Shown here in pieces: positions 58,514-64,000 of a stretch of DNA of 64,000 bases. The notes under the pieces were generated by a model. That model saw only the letters and a list, made by a program, of their open reading frames with translations. It did no database searches and was not told where the DNA came from. Each line of letters opens with the position of its first letter. Positions within the stretch are counted from its first letter, which is position 1. This DNA comes from an uncultured Chitinophaga sp. (lineage in GTDB: Bacteria > Bacteroidota > Bacteroidia > Bacteroidales > GCA-2748055), in assembly GCA_964404825.1 (NCBI GenBank), contig CAYOLQ010000002.1:325-64324 (forward strand), in the 5' to 3' direction. The translations under genes and the position numbers were made by a program.

Positions 58514-60092
58514 TAATTCCGGGGGCTTTTCCTGGCAGAAATCGGATAAACTCTATGTTAAGGGTTATGTTTTCGACAGAAACGGTCGTTACTATGAAGC
58601 AGCTGCGCTATTAGAGTATTTTTCAGGCGTTAACTCGTTTGCGGATTTTAATGAAAGAGTAAGTTTTGCAAATGGGTGTTTTAGTGTGGTTTTTTTGAGT
58701 GGGGAAGAGCTGTATGCCGCATGCGACTCTATAAGGGCCTTCCCATTGTTTTATAAAAGGTATAAAGGAGAATGGATTGTGTCGGATGATCCCCACAGGC
58801 TTTTAAAGGATTATGGTAAACAGGAAATAAATCAGAAAGCATGGCAGGAATTTCTTGCCACCGGTTACGTTACCGGGGATGAAACCCTGATAAATGGTAT
58901 ATCTCAAATTCAGGCTGGTGAACTGGTGTATTTTAAAAAGGATGATTTAAAAAAGCAATTCTATTATACATACCGGTGCCGTCTTACAAAAAATTTTGAT
59001 TACGACGAACTCCGGAATCTTGGTATTGATAAGATTAATATGGCGTTTAAACGCTTTGTTGACAGCCTGGAAGGGAGAACTGTTATTGTTCCCCTGAGCG
59101 GTGGCTTCGACAGCCGTTTGATTGCCGTTATGCTAAAGAAATCCGGCTATACAAATGTTGTGTGCATAACATACGGCCGGCCCGGAAATCCCGAAATAAA
59201 AATATCAGAAAAAGTATCAGAAATATTAGGATACAAGTGGATTTGTGTGGATTATACTGAAGATCTAATCAGAGATTATATTCACGATGCATATTTCAAA
59301 GATTATTATCCCTATGCATCAAAGCTTTCGTCAATGTTTTTTTTGCAGGAGTATTTTGCTATACGTTACCTTAAGGAAAACAAGTATATTCCGGAGGATA
59401 GCATTTTTGCTCCCGGGCATTCGGGTGACTTTCTGGGTGGAAGTCAGCTGAGCAAACATGGAAATCTGTTGGAGAGGGAATCAGTTAAAGACATTGCTGA
59501 AAGGCTGTTTTATATTAAGTATAATTATGTAAGGCCAACAGGAAATACGAAGGAGGAAATGCTTGATCGGATTGAAAAGAATCTGGAGGAGAAATATACA
59601 GGCGAGCCGGTGTTGGCATACACCATTCAGGAAGACTGGGATTTTAAGGAGAAACTCTCCAAATTTAACGCGAATTCACTCAACCTTTATACATTCTTCG
59701 GATATGGTTTCCGCTTGCCTTTCTGGGATAAAGAACTTGTTGAGTTCTTCAGAATACTTCCCCTGCATATGAAGATTAATAAGTTTTTATATGACGATAT
59801 TCTTACAAATGAATTCTTTGAATCTGAAGGGGTGAATTTTAAAGAGGAGCTTCAGGTAACTGAACAAATAATGAAAAGACAAAGGTTTAAAAACCGGATT
59901 AAATATTTTCTGCCACAGGTTGTACTCAGGATGTTTCTTACAAAGCTTGACAATCTTTTTTATAATGAGATAACAAAGGAACTGATAAACGACATGGAGC
60001 AGAAAGGGAAGAAGCTGAGGATTTACAATAATTCCTTTAATTCAGTGATTATTCAATGGTATCTCGAAGAGCTGAGAAAGGATTTCCGGTAA
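58491..60092 (+). CDS. asparagine synthase-like PP-loop amidotransferase without the catalytic N-terminal Cys
   Basis: 533 aa. PP-loop VPLSGGFDSR. The N-terminal ~190 aa resemble the Ntn domain but begin MNTLLL rather than MCG. Confidence 0.7.
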   Translation: MNTLLLLDNSGGFSWQKSDKLYVKGYVFDRNGRYYEAAALLEYFSGVNSFADFNERVSFANGCFSVVFLSGEELYAACDSIRAFPLFYKRYKGEWIVSDDPHRLLKDYGKQEINQKAWQEFLATGYVTGDETLINGISQIQAGELVYFKKDDLKKQFYYTYRCRLTKNFDYDELRNLGIDKINMAFKRFVDSLEGRTVIVPLSGGFDSRLIAVMLKKSGYTNVVCITYGRPGNPEIKISEKVSEILGYKWICVDYTEDLIRDYIHDAYFKDYYPYASKLSSMFFLQEYFAIRYLKENKYIPEDSIFAPGHSGDFLGGSQLSKHGNLLERESVKDIAERLFYIKYNYVRPTGNTKEEMLDRIEKNLEEKYTGEPVLAYTIQEDWDFKEKLSKFNANSLNLYTFFGYGFRLPFWDKELVEFFRILPLHMKINKFLYDDILTNEFFESEGVNFKEELQVTEQIMKRQRFKNRIKYFLPQVVLRMFLTKLDNLFYNEITKELINDMEQKGKKLRIYNNSFNSVIIQWYLEELRKDFR

Positions 60093-60244
60093 GCTTTTGA
60101 AATAGAATGTTTTAGACTATTTTTTCTGAAATGCATATCCGCTATTTTGTTTATAAAGACTATGAAGCCTGGAATTATTTGGACTAATGTGTTTGTCAGA
60201 CAAGAATATTTTCCATGGATTTAAAAATACTTTAAAAAAATTTC

Positions 60245-60252
60245 TAAATTTG
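60245..60252 (+). promoter_or_regulatory. candidate -7 box (TAAATTTG) for tRNA-His
   Basis: TAnnTTTG match 73 nt upstream of the tRNA 5' end. Confidence 0.35.
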
Positions 60253-60324
60253 CAGTCCCAAAATCATGTATGTTTTGCAGATTTTGGTAAACCTTCCTTC
60301 GCTAAAGCTATGGAAGGTAAAGAT

Positions 60325-60399
60325 GGTGGGAGTAGTTCAGCTGGTTAGAACGTCGGATTGTGGTTCCGAAGGTCGTGGGTTCGAACCCCATCTTCCACC
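60325..60399 (+). tRNA. tRNA-His (anticodon GTG)
   Basis: Hand-folded cloverleaf. Encoded G-1 opposite discriminator C, acceptor GTGGGAG/CTTCCAC, D arm GTTC/GAAC, anticodon stem TCGGA/TCCGA with loop TTGTGGT, and T arm GTGGG-TTCGAAC-CCCAT. CCA is not encoded. Confidence 0.9.
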
Positions 60400-60405
60400 C
60401 CGAAA

Positions 60406-60451
60406 AACTCCAAGTAACTGTTAAACAGGAGCTTGGAGTTTCGTTTTTTTT
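60406..60451 (+). terminator. Rho-independent terminator after tRNA-His
   Basis: 9-bp stem aactccaag/cttggagtt with a 17-nt loop, followed by TCGTTTTTTTT. Confidence 0.55.
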
Positions 60452-60518
60452 ACCTGCGCCAAAAATTGGCGCAGTTTGCGCCAGATTCGAACTCAAACAC
60501 CTTCGACCTCTTGAAGAT

Positions 60519-61661
60519 ATGTATCCTTTCAAAAAAGCCCGGCTGAACGATTGTGAAGGAAACCTATCCTCCAGATGGTACATCGAGTTTTATGCCTGGG
60601 ATGTTCAAAATAAAAAACTCCTTCGAAAACGGTTTTACGAGGTTAACAATTATAACAGTGAAAAAGAGCGAAGGACCTATGCCAATCGCATTATTCAACA
60701 GCTAAACACCCTGCTGAAGGAAGGATTTCATTTTGATGTAAATAAACTTCCTCCCGAAGCTGAATCAGAGCAAACCAACTCCTATTCGCTTCACGATGCT
60801 ATTAATTATGCACTTGAAGTAAAAAAGGCTTCCTTACGAACAGCCTCCTATCCATCTTATAAGAGTACCATTAAGATTTTTCTGGCATGGGCATCAGAAT
60901 ACAGGGTTGCAGATGCTGATGTGGCCTTATTCGATAAACTGCGGGCGATATATTACAACGATCACCTTATGGTGAAATGCGGTTATGCAGCAAAAACGGT
61001 GAACGGGCACATTTCATTTATAAAATCACTGTTCCAGGTTTTAGTTGAAAGGGAAATTATTTTAAACAACCCTTTTAAAAATCTGAAAAAGCATAAAGAG
61101 GCTGAGTCCCGTAAGAACCTGGCTTTTACTCCCAAGCAAATGGCTGCCATAAAAAAAATTGTGGAACAAAAAGATCCAAGCCTGTGGCTATTTATCCGTT
61201 TCATCTATTACTGTTATTTAAGACCAAATGAAGTAAGACAATTAAAACACAGTTATTTTCAGTTGGAAAAGAACCAGATTTTCGTTCCTGGTCATATCAG
61301 TAAAAATGGCAAGGAGGGGTATGTTTCCATTCCCGAAACCTTTAAAAAGGAGTTAATCAAGTCAAAGGAATTCAACAGTGAACAGGAATATGTTTTTCAG
61401 AGCCGGAATTCCAAAAATCCACCCTCAAAAAATGTTATGGGTTACCGCTACCATAAAATGATAAAAGATCTTAAGCTCAACACAGATTACACTCTTTATT
61501 CCTGGAAGCATTCCGGGGTTGTTGCGGCATATAATGCCGGAGTTGATATTAAGACAATACAGAATCAGTGCCGTCACCACAGTCTCGAACAGACGGATAT
61601 TTATCTTAAGTCACTTGGTCTTGGAGTGAGTAAGGCAATTAATAAGATACCTAATTTGTAA
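60519..61661 (+). CDS. tyrosine-type site-specific recombinase/integrase
   Basis: Start set at MYPFKKARLNDCEGNLSSRWYIEFY (ATG at 60519). This is a Bacteroidota Arm-type N-terminus. Catalytic pattern R (YLRPNE), H-x-x-R-like (WKHSG, CRHHS) and Tyr (TDIYL). The ORF-track extension back to 60360 runs through the tRNA. Confidence 0.85.
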   Translation: MYPFKKARLNDCEGNLSSRWYIEFYAWDVQNKKLLRKRFYEVNNYNSEKERRTYANRIIQQLNTLLKEGFHFDVNKLPPEAESEQTNSYSLHDAINYALEVKKASLRTASYPSYKSTIKIFLAWASEYRVADADVALFDKLRAIYYNDHLMVKCGYAAKTVNGHISFIKSLFQVLVEREIILNNPFKNLKKHKEAESRKNLAFTPKQMAAIKKIVEQKDPSLWLFIRFIYYCYLRPNEVRQLKHSYFQLEKNQIFVPGHISKNGKEGYVSIPETFKKELIKSKEFNSEQEYVFQSRNSKNPPSKNVMGYRYHKMIKDLKLNTDYTLYSWKHSGVVAAYNAGVDIKTIQNQCRHHSLEQTDIYLKSLGLGVSKAINKIPNL

Positions 61662-61809
61662 TAATTCACCTTACAACTATTTACAGAAAGTAAATTATTC
61701 ATTGTGAATACTCAATATTCAAAAATATTTGGTTTTGTGTGTAATTATTTCCGTATATTTGAACGTATAGTAACTTTCTTAATATTAGGAAGTTTTGATT
61801 TAAAATATT

Positions 61810-63096
61810 ATGAAGTATTCCAAAATAGAAATACCCACATCGAATTCCCCCTATATTAATCGAATGAACAAAATCAGTATTCTTGGATTGATCAGGGAAT
61901 ATGGAACAATTTCGAGAGCTGACTTGGTTAAAAAATCCGGTTTGAGTGCTCCAACTGTTACACGGATCGTAGACGGACTCATCAACGATTATCGGCTTGT
62001 TGTTACGCTGGGTAAAGGAAGTTCAAGCGGGGGGCGCCCTCCGGTGATGCTGTCATTTGATGGAAAGAGTAACTACGTTATCGGTATTGACCTCGGCGCA
62101 ACAACAACAAGGGGTGTTCTTTCAAATCTTAATGGCAGTTTCATTACTGAAATTGAATTCCCCACGCAACTTGACAAGGGGTTCGAAACGATCATTGAAG
62201 ATTTGGCAAATCTGATTAATAAGCTTGCTGATAGTAAAAAATCAATCAGGAAAGACCGTATCTATGGTGTTGGAATTGCCGTAGCCGGACTCATTAATCT
62301 AAATAGGCAGATCGTTGAATACTCTCCTGTTTTTGACTGGTATAATGCCGATATACTGAAGGCGTTGAAGCCCAAAGTAAGCTATCCCATCATATATGAT
62401 AATGTTACACGATTGATGGCCTTAGGGGGGATGTGCTATGGACAGGGACGAAAGCTACAGAATTTCATTTGCATCAATGTAGGTTATGGTATGGGTTCCG
62501 GCAATATAGTTAATGGAAAATTGGTTACCGGCGCTGATGGCTTTGCTGGTGAATTCGGACATATTACAATGGACAGCAACAGTAATATTCAATGTAGCTG
62601 TAAAAAATACGGATGCCTTGAAGCACTTGCCTCTGGGAAAGCCATTGCATTAACGGCACAAAGTAGGCTGGCTCGGGGACAGGAAAGTATTCTTGCCGAA
62701 ATGTGCAATAACGATTACAAAAAGGTTACTGCAAAAATGGTCGCAGATGCAGCTAGAAATGGAGACGAACTGGCGTTGAATGTTTTCACCCGGGCTATGG
62801 AATATATAGGAATTGGGATTTCGAACCTAATCAATATATTCAATCCTGAATTGGTCGTCATTGGGGGTGGCGTATCCCTGTCCGGGGATATTTTCTTCGA
62901 TAATATCACAAAAGTTGTCGATAAAAATGTCATGAAGCCCACCACCAGGAAAGTTCCCATTCTGCCAATATCTTTTGGAAATAATGCTGCGATCATGGGA
63001 GCATTTTCTCTCATACTGAACAAAGTCCTGAACTTTGAACTGCGCGGTGAATCAGATAAAGATTTAGAAAAGATTGAGATTACTTCTGTTTATTAA
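61810..63096 (+). CDS. ROK-family transcriptional regulator (wHTH plus sugar-kinase-like domain)
   Basis: 428 aa. N-terminal wHTH (ISRADLVKKSGLSAPTVTRIV), the DLGATT ATPase fold, and zinc motif GHITMD...CSCKKYGCLE. Confidence 0.85.
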   Translation: MKYSKIEIPTSNSPYINRMNKISILGLIREYGTISRADLVKKSGLSAPTVTRIVDGLINDYRLVVTLGKGSSSGGRPPVMLSFDGKSNYVIGIDLGATTTRGVLSNLNGSFITEIEFPTQLDKGFETIIEDLANLINKLADSKKSIRKDRIYGVGIAVAGLINLNRQIVEYSPVFDWYNADILKALKPKVSYPIIYDNVTRLMALGGMCYGQGRKLQNFICINVGYGMGSGNIVNGKLVTGADGFAGEFGHITMDSNSNIQCSCKKYGCLEALASGKAIALTAQSRLARGQESILAEMCNNDYKKVTAKMVADAARNGDELALNVFTRAMEYIGIGISNLINIFNPELVVIGGGVSLSGDIFFDNITKVVDKNVMKPTTRKVPILPISFGNNAAIMGAFSLILNKVLNFELRGESDKDLEKIEITSVY

Positions 63097-63163
63097 CCAG
63101 AGGATTTCAAATTGTCCCAAATCATTTTTGTACCCGCGTGTAATACTGTTTCAGAATTAATTT

Positions 63164-64000
63164 TTAGTGTGCATCCAGCCTGACCTGCAAATCAACAGCC
63201 GTATCCTTCCATACCTGGTAAAACTTAGCCAAAGCCTCTCTAAACCTTTCATAGTCAATCCTTGTTTCAAAAATCTGCTTATCATTCCAGAGCATATCCC
63301 TGTCATGCCCTAGTACACGTGCCTCAGGCCAGAAGAAAACTTGGCCCCAGATCAAACGGTTATTCGTATTTATCCCAGGATTCTCTTCAGTTCCCTCACC
63401 ATCAATCGCCTCAAAATGTTCTTTACTAAGCAATTCTTTAGTAGCGCTTTCCAGATTGGATTTTATCCATTCAGACCTTTCAGCCATTGAAACATATCCT
63501 ATCCCGTGGTTTTCCCTTTGATGTGCCCAGGCCAAGCATACCTGGGGAGGTGTTAATCCTGTCTCTTTTGATATTTGCTGTATGACCGGATGCTGCATAT
63601 CGGCCTGATGTTCGGGAAATCGATCACGGCCGGGACGGCGGGGTGATCCTAATGACATATAGCCTGATGGAATTACTTTGTTTTTAATGAAATACCTAAC
63701 AAGCTCCTGTTGCTGAAATAATGGATGAAGCTCCATTTGGTTATAAACAGGACGGTTAAAATCATTGGTATCTCTTAACAGAAGCTCCATGGTTTTCTGC
63801 GTTTGATTGGAAGTGCCGATGTCCTTTACCTTACCGCTCTTCTTCAGCTCCGTCATCTTTTCCCAAACCAACATAAATTCATCATGAATATAAGGGACCG
63901 CCTCATCGTTTACCGAATCGCCGGATGCTCCGGGAACGTGATAATTCGGCCATGGCCAGTGAACCACATAGAGATCCAGATAATCCAGGCCAAGCATGCG
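63164..64000 (-). CDS. aldo/keto reductase, partial (N-terminus beyond the right edge) with a ~100-aa C-terminal extension
   Basis: LGLDYLDLYVVHWP and MELHP...LGSP motifs. The reading frame is still open at the window edge. Confidence 0.7.
   Translation of the reverse strand, partial: RMLGLDYLDLYVVHWPWPNYHVPGASGDSVNDEAVPYIHDEFMLVWEKMTELKKSGKVKDIGTSNQTQKTMELLLRDTNDFNRPVYNQMELHPLFQQQELVRYFIKNKVIPSGYMSLGSPRRPGRDRFPEHQADMQHPVIQQISKETGLTPPQVCLAWAHQRENHGIGYVSMAERSEWIKSNLESATKELLSKEHFEAIDGEGTEENPGINTNNRLIWGQVFFWPEARVLGHDRDMLWNDKQIFETRIDYERFREALAKFYQVWKDTAVDLQVRLDAH

Larger units (their letters stand above)
60325..64000. mobile_element. possible left end of a tRNA-His-integrated element (right end not in the window)
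   Basis: A tRNA gene is followed within 120 nt by a same-strand tyrosine integrase. No second copy of the tRNA 3' end is visible in the window. Confidence 0.3.

Noticed and set aside
60360-60518. N-terminal extension of the integrase ORF, and the antisense ORF at 60308-60583, both covering the tRNA-His gene.
   Set aside because: The extension runs through the tRNA and its terminator. The conserved integrase N-terminus begins at the ATG at 60519.

Overview
This window looks like a chromosomal segment from an AT-rich member of the Bacteroidota. The evidence is a T9SS C-terminal sorting domain, PorV/PorQ-like and PorT-like outer-membrane (OM) proteins, repeated TAnnTTTG -7 promoter boxes and no obvious Shine-Dalgarno sites. 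A flavodiiron protein suggests an anaerobic or microaerophilic lifestyle. Most of the window is densely packed housekeeping genes: lysS, recJ, purE, hpt-adk-obg, lplA, plsC, parE-parC, aroK, psd-cdsA, ftsH-rsfS, birA, pyrE, coaD, lon and rpmE2. Four parts stand out. (1) 19171-35669 is a tight six-gene same-strand block. It encodes a 12-TM transporter fused to HEAT repeats and a cNMP-binding-like domain, a sensor-HAMP-PP2C phosphatase, and a STAND P-loop NTPase with one TM helix followed by a coiled coil and WD40 repeats. It continues with a TPR/beta-barrel OM protein, a lipoprotein, and a 1999-aa T9SS-sorted surface protein carrying unrecognised ~120-aa tandem repeats. This is my best candidate for an undescribed envelope-spanning signalling and surface system. 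(2) 50620-50920 is a GC-rich, hairpin-dense, ORF-free intergenic segment with six copies of the heptamer CGCAAAG, arranged so that mutually exclusive hairpins can form. (3) 52598-53234 is a PIN toxin-antitoxin pair. (4) 55922-60092 is a small polysaccharide locus, followed by tRNA-His (60325-60399) and a tyrosine integrase (60519-61661). Together these look like the left edge of an integrated element carrying a ROK regulator and an aldo/keto reductase. I saw no rRNA, CRISPR array or transposase. All domain calls come from reading motifs in the translations. No database search was run.
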